Source of the DNA: Selaginella moellendorffii
Lineage: Eukaryota > Plantae > Lycopodiophyta
NCBI RefSeq assembly: GCF_000143415.4
Contig: NW_003314273.1
Span: forward strand, 186,001-250,000
Direction of reading: 5' to 3'
Length of the DNA: 64,000 bases
Shown: positions 1 to 11,984 of the stretch, in pieces
How positions within the stretch are numbered: position 1 is the stretch's first letter
How the letters are laid out: every line of letters begins with the position of its first letter
Position numbers and translations under genes: made by a program
The notes under the pieces: generated by a model
Told to the model about the DNA's origin: nothing
Seen by the model: only the letters and a program-made list of their open reading frames with translations
Databases searched by the model: none

Positions 1-186
1 GTGTTGTTGGTGGTGTTGCTCGAGGGGCCACCGAGCTGTGTAAGTTGCCCGCATCATCCAGCTCGTCGTCGTTGTTTATAAGAAAATACTAACTACAAGC
101 CAGCAGAATTCTTCCTCTTGTTTTTTCAATCTGTGTTTTTTTTGTTTTTTTTGTTCCTCGTTTGTGTGGGCCGGGCCTGCAACAGG

Positions 187-1590
187 TGTTGTGTAGTGTA
201 GCGGAGCTGCACAGGCTTTGGTTTTGTTCTCTTTCTCGCGCTCTAACATCTTTCTCGGCGCTGGTTTAGCTTTGGGAAGCTTTTCCTCTCTTGTCTGTGC
301 GGCTTTCGAGGTATTCGGCTTTGTTTTCTTTGCTTTCTGCCGCTCCTGTTTGTGGGAGACTAACATCGTAGCTGCTTTGTCCTGCAGATCTTTGACTTGG
401 CCCGCACACGCGAGAAAAGGCATCCGAGCGAGAAGCACTGACACGCGATGGGGAAAGGTGTTGAGCAACAGGGTCTTGACACACATAATCGCTGTGAGTG
501 CTTGGATCAGAAGCTCTAGCTAGCGACAGGAGGAGTGGGGCTCTCGCTCGATCAGGACGAACTCAATCAGGAAGAACAAAGCGAGAACAAAGGAAAGAAG
601 TATAAAGAAGTGATGTGCAAACCGGCTGTGGAAACGTGGATCAAAGCCAAAAAATCTGCTGCTGGCCTTTGGTTGGCTGGCTGGTTTGGTTCGTTTGGTG
701 GCGAGCGTATTGAAGAATTGGAAGGCGAGAGTGGGATTTTAATGGGTTGGGTCACAGTTTGGTGGAGGCCTCTCCAAAAGAAATTCATTCTCGTTTTTAT
801 GGCTTTGGTTTCGCCCCCATTCTTTTTCTTCTTTATTGAAAGCCAGGATTCGCTCGCGAAGATTTGGGAAGAATGAAAATTTTCATAGCGTTTGTTTATG
901 ATTTTGAGCCGTTTGACCGTCTACCGTACGAGCCCTAGTCTTTTGAAGAGAAGTTTACCGCCAAATTCTCTGTTTTAGGGCTTTTCTTGGTTCTTGCTTG
1001 CGATGGATCGATCATGCAATCCCGCTGCTGGAGTCGTAGAAGGAGGAGCTGAAGGAGGAGGATCGGGCTTGCTGGATCTCCGAGTGGCCGTGGTGGTGGT
1101 GGTGGTGGTGGTGATGGTGGTGGTGTTGGACTGTTGCTGCGGCGAGGACGGGCTTGACGTCTGTGTCAACAGAAGAGGTGAGCTGCTGCGGGTAAGCCGG
1201 ATTGTTGCCGCTGGAGTGGATTGGATTTTTTTTTATGAGTGCCAGCAGCTGGTGCTGGGTGCCTGGGTGATTCAAGGCCGCAGAGCTTTGGTTCAGGCCA
1301 AGCCTTCCCAGTTGCCACTCGGATCTTGCCAGTATGAATTGCTGCTGCTTGGGGCTGGAGTTCATTTGTAAGCTCTAGGTTTGACCCTGCTAGGTGGTGG
1401 TGGTGGTGGCAGCGTGAAAGTTTGCAAAGGTCGAAACCAAGTGGTGGTGCTATTGCTCCACCATAGCTAAGGAGCTGTGGGAGGTGACTAGAGAGCTTTG
1501 CTGGTGAGCATTGCTGCCTATCCTGGCTGATGATAGCAAGAGGCTCAGGCCTTGCAGGTACTGTTGGTGCTCGGATTCTTGCGTGCAATT
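187..1590 (-). pseudogene. Partial duplicate of the SPL gene 3' part (end of last exon plus downstream sequence), frameshifted
   Basis: 187-1590 aligns by eye with about 4209-5580. ORF 1012..1365 (MNSSPKQQQFILARSE...FYDSSSGIA) is a near copy of the C-terminus of 4988..5869, with an expanded His tract and upstream indels. No SBP domain in this copy. Confidence 0.85.
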
Positions 1591-1599
1591 CATAAAAAG

Positions 1600-4208
1600 G
1601 TAGAAAATATAATGGAGTGCCAGAACGAACAAATGCTCTTGGGTTAGTCATGGATGAGGGTTGAATTCATGAAGCTTGGAGTGATAGTAGAATCACATGT
1701 TAAGCCATGCCAGGCTAGAAAAAAATGTTGGTATATGAGACACTTTAGGAGGTCTATTATTAGTTCTTCAAGTTCTGTCACCTTCATTAATAACACTCTT
1801 TTCCTACTATAGAAGTATAGTTTGGGATTGCAATCCACTTGGTGACAAAGGTTGTAGTAACAGCCAGGAGATCAAAGGTGTTGAAGATGATATGCCACCA
1901 ATGACTTTGAACTGACTGCCATAGTGTCCATGATGACAAGATAAGGATTGCTAATTGTTATTGGTATAGGTGTGCACTACAACCACAAGTGGTGCACAAC
2001 AAAACAAAAATGAGTTAAAGGAATCCAAGATAAAAAAAAAAAGAGCGCATAAGGTCATACTATACTTATGGCTTAGATGGTAGCCTACCTTGAGGGTCAA
2101 TATGGATATATTTGGATATTGAAGCTCCATTAGATGATGATGTTAATCTTTGGAAGTAGTTATGGAATGCTGATAGGGAACTATAAGCTTGCTAGTGTAA
2201 CGGCATTATCAACTCACCTTACGTGGGAAAACACATGGAAAAATGATAAATACCAATGAAAAACTTACCCAACTAGACCACTTGTTATTTCAGGAGGTAG
2301 ATAGCAAGGAAGTGGCACTTGTATTAATAGATGGAGTTGCAGCAATTGTAATGACTAGTGGAGTAGTAGTAGGTGTAAATGGGCTAATAGTAATGGCACT
2401 ATATGGGTTTGTGTGATAGAGATTCCACTTGTGTTGTAGCATATGCAATATTAGATAACACTCTACTTGTTCAAATGCAATTAGGAGTTGTGGGTGGGAT
2501 GTTATTGGAGTTGATGTCCATGTTGTGAAGCTTGATAAATCGAGTGGTTGGTGTGTGTCCTACAGAAAATAAATTGTTTTATTCTTGCTCTAAAAATTAC
2601 CTCTAACAGAGTTGCATCTTTAACATTAGAGAGAAATGGTTTAGGTATATCTTCAATATCTTTTCTACCAATAGCTACTATAATTTTATAGAAGCACAAT
2701 TTAGGAGGAATTTTGTAACATTATCAATATTCTTACCCAAGCTCTCTCTAGGGTGCAATCCAGTGCAAAATATTCTTCTTGAGGTATGGAGCAAAGACAC
2801 AATATAAGCTTTACTTATGCCATAGATTAGATACATTGAGAATTCCTATGTCTTCCATAGCCTCGAAAAGGTGTTTATAAAACCATATAAGAACTCTTTC
2901 CACAAATGCTCTATACGTTATAAAACAAAATGGATTTAATCTTTATGTCGATAAAACTCTAATGTTATGAGTACTTAGTTATGTGTTGATGTCCCATCCT
3001 AGCTGCTAGACCCCAACATCAAACCATGTCCCTCTCAACTTCATTGTGCTCTGGAGCATTGTTGCTTTGGATGTGCTTGGGCCTTCCAAATTGATAAATA
3101 ACCTACACATATGTATTAAATATTGCATGGGATTCTTTGGAGGTAGCTAATTTGCAAGTACAATATAATGAATTACCCTGCAAATAATGACATGTGCATA
3201 GAAACTATAGCTTATAAGTTTGCAATATACTACAATAAACATGTTATCATATGTGATCACAAAAAGCAAAAATGAAAGAATACTCACAATCCATATAACA
3301 AAGTGCATAAACCTCTTCATTCTTGTAAATCTATCATCGAATCCTTATCAAGAATCTTAGGTCATGAGTGATTAAGGCTTCATAAATTTGGTGTCGGCTA
3401 AACTAGTATCCTTCAGTCCAACAGTTAGATTGGGAATTGATAATACCTCAATTTGTGCCATCTTGATTCATGGCATTGTTAGTCTAGATGTGATGAAATA
3501 CCTTTTTGGGTGGTACATTGTAATATACACCTCTCCAATTTGGATTAACATGCAAAATAAGTAGTAGTTTTAGTCTCAAGGATCTTCAAGTGCATTTAAG
3601 TACCAAATGCGACCAAAACCTCTCAATTGCAAAAAATGATGGAAGGCATAGAAATATACAAATGAATTGAATTAAATCTAAAAAGTTGGAAACTAACCAA
3701 ACCTTTGGGAGAACATCATTGTCATTATCCACCCCTAAACCATGGAAGGTTATCCTCCTCCTCTTCCTCCACATCTTCCAGTAAACCTAGAAGGAAAGGT
3801 TTCAATGATACAAGTTTGAAGTAAATCTAGAAGGGAACACTCATGGTAAGAATTTCAAAGTTCATGAAGAGCAAATTAATAGTGAATCAAAGCCACTTCC
3901 AACATTACCCACAAAAACATTTGAAACCAATCACCAACAAACTAAGTTGCTTTCAACATCTAGTGCCAAGAAACACAAGGAAGGCATCCTAAACCTTAAG
4001 ACTTAATGAATCCTTAAGTTCGATGAAATTATATATGTATAACACAATGTTCATATTATGTGGACATCATCCACCCATTGGGCTAACATCCATGGGGCAT
4101 CCATTGCAATGGGATTAACATTTAATGCTAATCCTATAGAAGAATGCCATGTGGACACCCTGAAATAGACTGTTATATTTTCTACCCTTTTACAAATTGT
4201 ATGCCATA
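1600..4208. other. AT-rich, CpG-depleted spacer, probably a decayed TE, separating the two SPL 3' copies
   Basis: Abrupt compositional shift, almost no CpG, no long ORFs, bounded by the duplicated SPL segments. Confidence 0.45.
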
Positions 4209-4987
4209 GTTGTGTAGTGTAGCAGAGCTGCACATGCTTTTGTTTTGTTTTATTTCTCGTGTTCTAACATGCTTCTTGGCGCTGGTTTAGCTTTGGAAGC
4301 TTTCCTCTCTTGTCTGCGCAGCTTTTGAGGTATTCGGCTTTGTTTTCTTTGCTTTCTGCTGCTCCTGTTTGTGGGAGACTAACATCGTAGCTGCTTTGTC
4401 CTGCAGATCTTTGACTTGCCCTGGACACGCAAGAAAAGGGATCCGAGCGAGAAGCACTGACACGCGATAGGGAAAGGGTCTTGACACACATAATCGCCGT
4501 GAGTGTTTGGATCAAAAGCTCTAGCTAGCGACAGGAGGAGTGGCTCTCGCTCAATCAGGACGAACTCAATCAGGAAGAACAAAGGAAAGAAGTATAGAGA
4601 AGTGATCTGCAAACCGGCTGTGGAAACGTGGATCAAAGCTTGGTTCGTTTGGTTCGTTTGGTGGCGAGCGTATTGAAGAATTGGAAGGCGAGAGTGGGAT
4701 TTTAATGGGTTGGGTCACAGTTTGGTGGAGGCCTTTTCCAAAAGAAATTCATTCTCGTTTTTATGGCTTTGGTTTCGCCCCCATTCTTTTTCTTCTTTAT
4801 TGAAAGCCAGGATTCGCTCGCGAAGATTTGGATAAAATGAAAATTTTCATAGCGTGAAGAGCTTTTGTTTATGATTTTGAGCCGTTTGACCGTTTACCGT
4901 ACGAGTCTTTTGAAGAGAAATTTACCGCCAAATTCTCTGTTTTAGGGTTTTTCTTCTTTCCTAGGGTTCTTGCTTGCGATGGATCGA

Positions 4988-7312
4988 TCATCCAATCCCG
5001 CTGCTGGAGTCGTAGAAGGAGGAGCCGAAGGAGGAGGATCGGGCTCGCAGGATCTCCGAGTGGCCGTGGCCGCGGTGATGGTGGTGTTGGAGCGCCGCCG
5101 CGGCGAGGACGGGCTTGACGTCTGCGTCGACAGAAGAGGTGAGCTGCTGCGGGTGAGCCGGATTGTTGCCGCTGGAGTGGATTGGATTGTTTTCGATGAG
5201 CGCCAGCAGCTGGTGCTGGGTGCCTGGGTGATTCAAGGCCGCGGAGCTTTGCATGCTTTGGTTCAAGCCCAGCCTTCCCAGTTGCTGCTCGGATCTCGCC
5301 AGTACGAATTGCTGCTGCTGGGGGCTGGAGTTCATTTGTAAGCTCGAGGTCTGATCGATGCTTTCCCTGCTAGGTGGTGGTGCCGGTGGCGGCGGCGTGA
5401 AAGTTTGCAAAGGTCGAGCCAGCCATGGAACCGAGTGGTGGTGCTGTTGCTCCACCATAGCTGAGGAGCTGTAGGAGGCGACCGGAGAGCTTTGCTGGTG
5501 AGCACTGCTGCCTATCCCGGCTGACGATAGCGAGAGGCTCGGGCCTTGCAGGTACTGCTGGTACACGGATTCTTGCGTCCCTGGAGATTGCCGGGTACTC
5601 TGTGCGGAAGATGGTGTCCGTGAAACCACCGAAAGTACGAGTGCTTGTACGTCGGAGCTGGGAAGCGGTGTTGCTGCTTGCTGCCCGGCTTGGGCCGAGC
5701 GCATTAACGAGCTCCTGCTGTTCGCTGCCGCGAGTTTCTCGTCCATTGTCCCGAAACTGGGGGACTGCTGCTGCTGGTGGCCTTGCAGCCTGTTTGCTCC
5801 TCCTGAGCTGAGACTATCCCTGTCCGTGAGCGATGCTGTTGGGGAGTTACTTTTGTGGTGGAGCAGCATTGTTGGCTTGTGGTCGCCTTCGATTACTACA
5901 CAGGCACAAGCACTGGTACGTTAGCTATGTTTTCTTTTTCATTCTTTCATTTCTCTCTGTTTTTTTAATTCCAGTATAGTATTCTTCGACTTACTTGTGC
6001 GTATGTTTGTAGATTGTTCCTCGGATTTAAATGGCTCCGAGGATATGGTGGCTACGGCACTGTGCTGCGGCTTTCGCCGCCGACGGTTATGGTCGGCGAG
6101 TCGCTTTCTACAGCTTCTTTTCGTGTCGTCAAACTCTGATAAGGGGTGGAACCTGACGAGACAACGAACCAGTAGCAACGTAAGCATGTAGAACCTTTGG
6201 GTTTAAGAAATTCTCTCGCCTTTCCGTTTATGTTGCTAGTGGTTTATGTTCCCTCTCTTTTTTTTTTCTTGTCTGAACAACTAAAGCTTCTCTTTTCATA
6301 AATGCAGATTCTAGCTACAGGCAAAGATCACACGGAGAACATCACAGGGAGAAGATTGTCGATGCAACAAGGAGAGCTGAACGAGCAACGGTGAGAGAGA
6401 TACGTACCTGCTGCATTGCTGGCAAAACCGTTGAGTCTGTGCATTGGCAATTACGTTGGGTGCTTTCGAGTGTATCTCGCAAACTTTGTGCCGCCGGTGG
6501 TAATGCTTGGCTTTGCTCAAGTCCGCTGCACATCCTTGCACTTGGCACATAGGCGCATGAGTCCCTAGAGCGTTCATGCGGCTCCTTTTCCCCAGTCTAG
6601 CCGAGTCCTCGGCCGAGAAGTACGTCCGTCCTCCCAGATTGAGTCCTATCCTAGCGTGTGGCTCCAGCGAGTACATGTCTTCCCTCTTGACAAAGTCGAG
6701 CATGTTTTTGTGTTCCGCTGACTCCAGCATTTGCATTCCCAAGAATCTCCTCCGCTGGTCGTAGGACCGGAGCTCCGCATTGAGGTCGCTCGGCGGACAG
6801 GCTGATCCGTGAGCGTAAAATCCCGTTGCCTGTTGCTGTTGCTGCAAGTTTTGTGCTGCTTGGTGATGGTGGTGACTTTGGCTTTGCTGATGGTATCCGT
6901 CGCTCAATCCCCCGGCGTAGCTTCTCAGGCCCGGGCCAGCGCTGTAGCTCGCAGCAATGGACAAGCCAGGGTGGTGGTGGTGTGCGAGAGCAGTGGCCGA
7001 GTAATTGGCAGCGACATTGTACTGCCTGGCGTTGCAAAGAGCTGTGGCTGTCGGGAGTGCTAAAAGTTGAGGCTTGCGCTCTCCATCTCCAGCTCCTCCG
7101 ACGAGCTCCGCTGTAGCTGCTCCTCCTCCCGGATGATTTTGGTGGTGGACGAGTAGCATCTGGCTTTCCCAGTCCCACTCGGGACGAGCTGCTGCTGCTC
7201 CCCCTTGGTGGTGATAAGTCGCACCGCTGTGAGGCGTGGCCGCGTGATCCCAGTTATCTGTTACCCAGCTGGGATCCCCGTGTTGCCCCGAAGGATTTGG
7301 AGATGGATTCAT
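4988..7312 (-). CDS. SPL: SQUAMOSA promoter-binding-like (SBP-box) transcription factor, SPL8/LIGULELESS1 clade; exons 7312-6408, 6152-5995, 5895-4988
   Basis: SBP domain [29 protein letters not shown]...QRFCQQCSR|[27 protein letters not shown] with the conserved intron after CQQCSR. Upstream [12 protein letters not shown] motif typical of the SPL8 clade. GT-AG boundaries keep the frame. Confidence 0.95.
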
Positions 7313-10300
7313 CCCATCAGTCGCTGCAAGCAGGCTTGTCGCCAGGACTGTCGAGTGAGTACTTGATATGCTGCTACTTCTATACTAAATACTTCTGCTT
7401 GTTACAGCAGACATTCCTGTCGGGGAAGAGAATTGGAAAAATCCCAAAGGTGAGGGAGTCTCGGCTGCTGTAAAGCAGTGCACTTACTTCGAATGTGAGC
7501 TCGGGCCTTCGCTTTTGGTGCTCCCTTGCGGCGGCGGTGGCGGCGGCGGTTACCAAGAACACTAGTTGCAAGTAAGTTGCCGGTAGTATGATACTTTGGT
7601 CCTCTCTTCCTCCTGCCCGGGAGAGAGACGCGCTCTTCTCATTCATCGCTTTTGGCCCTTACAGCTGGAAGGAGCCGTCCAATACATGGACTGGCCGGGA
7701 CAAAGATCAAGCAAGCAAGAACAGCTAGACTTCACACACACACGAGAACGAAGTAGGCCCTGAGGCTCAGGATGATACAATAGATATGGCTTCCAAAGCA
7801 TCGTACAAGCAGGAGCAGCAGTAAAAAGAAGGAGTACGATACTCGAACGCGAGCAGTAGTAGCAGTAGCAGGAGGAGGAGCAGCTGTAGCAGCGGCAGTC
7901 GCAGCGCAGCAGGAGAGAAAACGATGATGATGAGGATGATGATGATGATGATGATATCAAGGCCCAAAGAAGAAGTTTCTGCTACTCGAGCTCCCGCAAA
8001 GCATTACTCACCTCCACCAAGCAGCACCGGGCCAGGACTACACTCATTTTTTCTCCTCAACAAGAAGAGAGAAGCAGCACAGCAAGCAACGCCGAGCAAA
8101 GCAATGCAAAAGGAGGAGCGGCCGAAAAGAAAAGAAGGAAAAAGGAGTGCTCTTCGCAACGGGAGAAGAAGTAAGTTCTTCGTCTGTTTTTCTCGCCTCT
8201 TCTTGACTGTGGACCATTCAGGAGCAGCGCTCGCGCTCCTCACATTTTGTCACTCGAGAGCCACCAGCTTATTCGTCGAGAACGAAAGAGCAAACAAGAA
8301 GAAGGCGCGGGAAAGACCAAAGCAGCCATGGCCAGGAAAAAATGGGAGGAGGCGTCCGAGGAAGAGAAAGAAAAAAACAAGGAGGGGGAGCGGCGCCGCT
8401 ACTGCGCCGCGGGGGCCCCAACGGCGGCGCCGCCTGTATGCATGTGTGCATGGCAGGGAGCAGTAAATGCACCGGTACGGAGTGAAAAGACGGCAGTACG
8501 ACCGAGGGTACGGCGCTCCAGGGGGATGTTATTTTGGGGCACGCAAGTGACGTAAGCTGGGTCTGGGAATGTAAGTGGCTAGGCTGCTTGCTCAAAGCTT
8601 TGGCTTGCATTTTTCTTCGATTTGTTTTTCTTGTTCTTGCTTGATATTTTGTCTTGCCTGTTTTTCTGTTGTCTCAGTGACTAGTAGACTACTACCACTG
8701 ACTGTAAGTGTTTTATGTGTTTTGAGGTTGAGCTGGGCTGCTTGCTCGCTGCTGTGGACTGGAGTGGAGCATTTTGATTGGAAGAGGACTGGTGCTACTT
8801 TCAATCCATTCAAGTCTAGTCTGGTCAGTTGTGTGTTCTTATTTTGCCTGTGTCACTGCTGTGGGCCTGGCCACTGTTCTGCTGCTTCTGCTGCTACTGA
8901 TTTCTGGCTTGGCTGGCTGGCGGGCTACTTTTGTGTGTGAGAGTGATCATTTAGTTTTGGGAAACCTGGAGAAGTTGACGGTTTATGTGTTGCTTACTAA
9001 ACAGGTGTTCCGGCTTACAGCAGGGATTAATGCGCGACGACGTTTCATGGAATGTACAGAAAGAGATTTGCGTGGGAGAATGAGGAGGGAGTTTTTGCCT
9101 GGGGGAGGAGAGAAAGGCGGGAGGAGACGAGCGAGGTATGTAATCCATTATTACTGATCGTTTGTTCCTCCTGAGAAGTGGAGGAACGGAGCTCCGTTTG
9201 TCTCATTTAATTCTCGGCCTATGTTTTACTTTCCACAGGGTTCCAGTGTCCTCGCATTCAAATGTTTGTAAGGAAACGAAAGCAAGCAAGCTCAAGGAGC
9301 ACACGATGTCTACAGTCTGTCATTTTTCCATCAGATACGACCATCATGCCGCTTCCCTGAAGGTTTAGATCTCCGCATCGTTGCTCTTATTTTACTCTTG
9401 TCATCGCTTTTATAGCCAGGAAATTTCGCTTTCTTAGCTAAATTGGCCACTTATTGTCAGGGCCGGGACCGGGATCACTTTCAAACGGATACGTCATCAC
9501 ATACCAAGATCTCAGGCGAGTTAAGAACAGATTGATTGATCCATCTTGGCTTAACTTTGTTTTCCTCTTTTCCTTTCAGCGCAATCGACGTCTTGTCTCG
9601 TCAAAAACTTTAAGCAGTAGCCAGCAGCATCTCAAGGATTTGAGGTGAACTCATCATTGTTTGTCGTCTCGCACCAGATCCATCTTTCACAGCAATCCCC
9701 TCGGCCACCTCACACCGCATCCCCCGTAAGTGATTGGAATTTCCCACCAGCTGTGTGCATATAATGGCACGAATTTTTTCCTTCAGGGGGTCCATGCCAC
9801 ACCAAAGCGCTGTCCTGTTCCATCTTTGTTTCTGCCGGTGCTGCTTCTCGAAACACAAAGCTAAGTAACCGACGGTGATCTTGTTACGCTAAAAAACAAT
9901 AATTGGCCACGGCTGGCTGTGGATGTTTCTCGGTACTCTCTAGTATCCATCGTGCTGCACTTGGGGGGAGACATACGTATACAGCAACGTATAGTGTAAG
10001 TGCGTCCTTTAATCTCTTCTACCCCCAATGACTAGGAGAAATGACTAATGTCCCGAGGTAATGTTTGTTTGTTTCGCAGTTGCCGTGGAAGTCCTCGTTG
10101 ATTGATTGAGTCCCTCGCTCACGACGGAACGGGAAAGTCCCATTCAAGGAAAGCGACTGTGAAGACATGTGGGTACTCCTGCGGACGTCCACTTTATGCT
10201 GCTTCTTTTCCCAGTCGGGAAGGTGAGCGTGTTTCTTTGTTTTCTCAAGTCCGTGCAAATATATTCTCTAGAATCTCACGCTTCCTTTTCCTGTGCAGCC

Positions 10301-11314
10301 CCTCTAGAGCTATCCTAGAAAGCGAGAAGAAGCGAGAAGAAGCGAGACCTTTGCTTCGTGGAGCAAGCAATGGGCGATGGGTGGATAGAGACATCGATCC
10401 AATCAATATCGCGAGAAGGAATGGCGCACTTCTTCTTCCACAGGAGCAAAAGAGGGGACGTAGCAAAAAAAAGGAAGAAAAGCGGGAGACAGGGTGGTGA
10501 TTGCGATCATCCGATATGAAATCGTCCTGTGGGACAAAGAGGCAGCGCAAGGGGAGGTTCCCAAACATGGACAATTTTTGTCGTTCCAGCGCACGACCGA
10601 TGCTGTGCATTATTTCGCGGCCACCAACAACACATATAACTATATATGCTTCAAAGAACTCAGCAAGGCAAGGAGCCCCCCGCGGGGAGGAAAGGAATAG
10701 CAAGGACTTGTTACTCGCAGTACGGGGGAGGGTACGGACGTGGATCCTGGGGGATAATTGGGGAGCTTTAAAAGATTGGAAAGAGCGCAGCACTAGTGTC
10801 ACACCGGCATCAGTGTTGGGTAGTGGGAAATCTTGGACGCGGAATTAGGTCACGTGCTCGATCGCGGCCGTTGGCAGTCGGCGGCGGAGATTGGCCCACT
10901 TGGTGGCCTGCCCGCCGTCGGTGCTGGGGGGCCATCCGACGGGCGTGGTCGAACTACTTTTCTGTCGTGGACTGCGAGAAAAATGTAGGGTTTGCGACGA
11001 AGGAAGCGACAGAGGGGAGGGAGAAAGATCGATGCGGCCGCGGCGGGGAGGGCGGGGAATGCGCAGCTGAAAGCTCCCATCGGATCGCTCTTCTTGCGGG
11101 GGAATTCGGGTATGTTTTGGCGTTGCGCTCGCTCTCTCAGGCAAGAAATCTCGGTGTCTAGGGTCTTTGTCGCCAGGAATTGGCTCCATGCACGTAGATC
11201 TCGCGGGCAAGCACGGCATGGAGTTGGCGATCCGGCAGCAGCAGCGCGGCAGCCGCGATCAGTGAGAATTTCCCCTCCGGGAGGGGGGCCGGGAGAGCGT
11301 TTTCTCTTTGATCA

Positions 11315-11984
11315 ATGGACGCTAGCCATCCCGCAGTGTATCCAGTAGGAGTGCCTCCAACAGCCGTCGATCCACCTCCACGAGTGCGCATGAAGGACTA
11401 CGAGGGAATGCCCAGTACTTTGGGTGGCCTTGTGCTGCGATCTGGCCAGTTTGCTTGCGCAGTCACGGCCTTGAGCATCATGATCTCCATTCCAGATTTC
11501 TCGTCGGTCACAGCCTTCTGGTGAGAGAAAGCTCTTTAAGTTTTTGTTTTTTGCCTTCCTTGTTCTAAGTGCTGGTCTTTTCTTCCTTTTTGGTTGACAG
11601 CTATCTAGTCGCAGCAATGGCATTGCAATTGTTGTGGAGCGTGAGCCTCGCAGTGGTGGACGGATACGCTCTACTTTTGAGGAGAACTCTCCATAATCCA
11701 GTACTTTTGAGCCTTCTTGTTATTGGAGACTGGGTAAGCAAATGGAAAATTAGAATCTTTTCATGAGAGTGCTTTTTGCGACGATTTTGCAGGTCACCTC
11801 CACCCTCAGTCTCGCAGCTGCGTGCTCCTCGGCCGGTATCACTGTTTTGATCGACAGCGATCTTGCACAGTGCGCTCACAATCACTGTGGAAGGTATGAA
11901 GCAGCGGTGGCCATGGCCTTTTTGACTTGGTTCTTGGTCTCGCTCTCTTTCTTCTTTTCGTTTTGGTTGCTCGCAACAAGGTAG
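11315..11984 (+). CDS. CASPL5A: CASP-like protein, group 5A; exons 11315-11520, 11601-11733, 11793-11984
   Basis: SHPAVYP...[60 protein letters not shown]...[16 protein letters not shown] introns preserve the frame. Confidence 0.93.

Noticed and set aside
8600-8900. Possible miRNA hairpin between SPL and CASPL
   Set aside because: Only short partial complementarity seen and no recognisable conserved mature miRNA; needs folding and small-RNA data.
7924-11219. Many 100-185 aa ORFs in the SPL-CASPL intergenic region
   Set aside because: Low-complexity or purine-rich promoter/UTR sequence, overlapping on both strands, with no recognisable domains.
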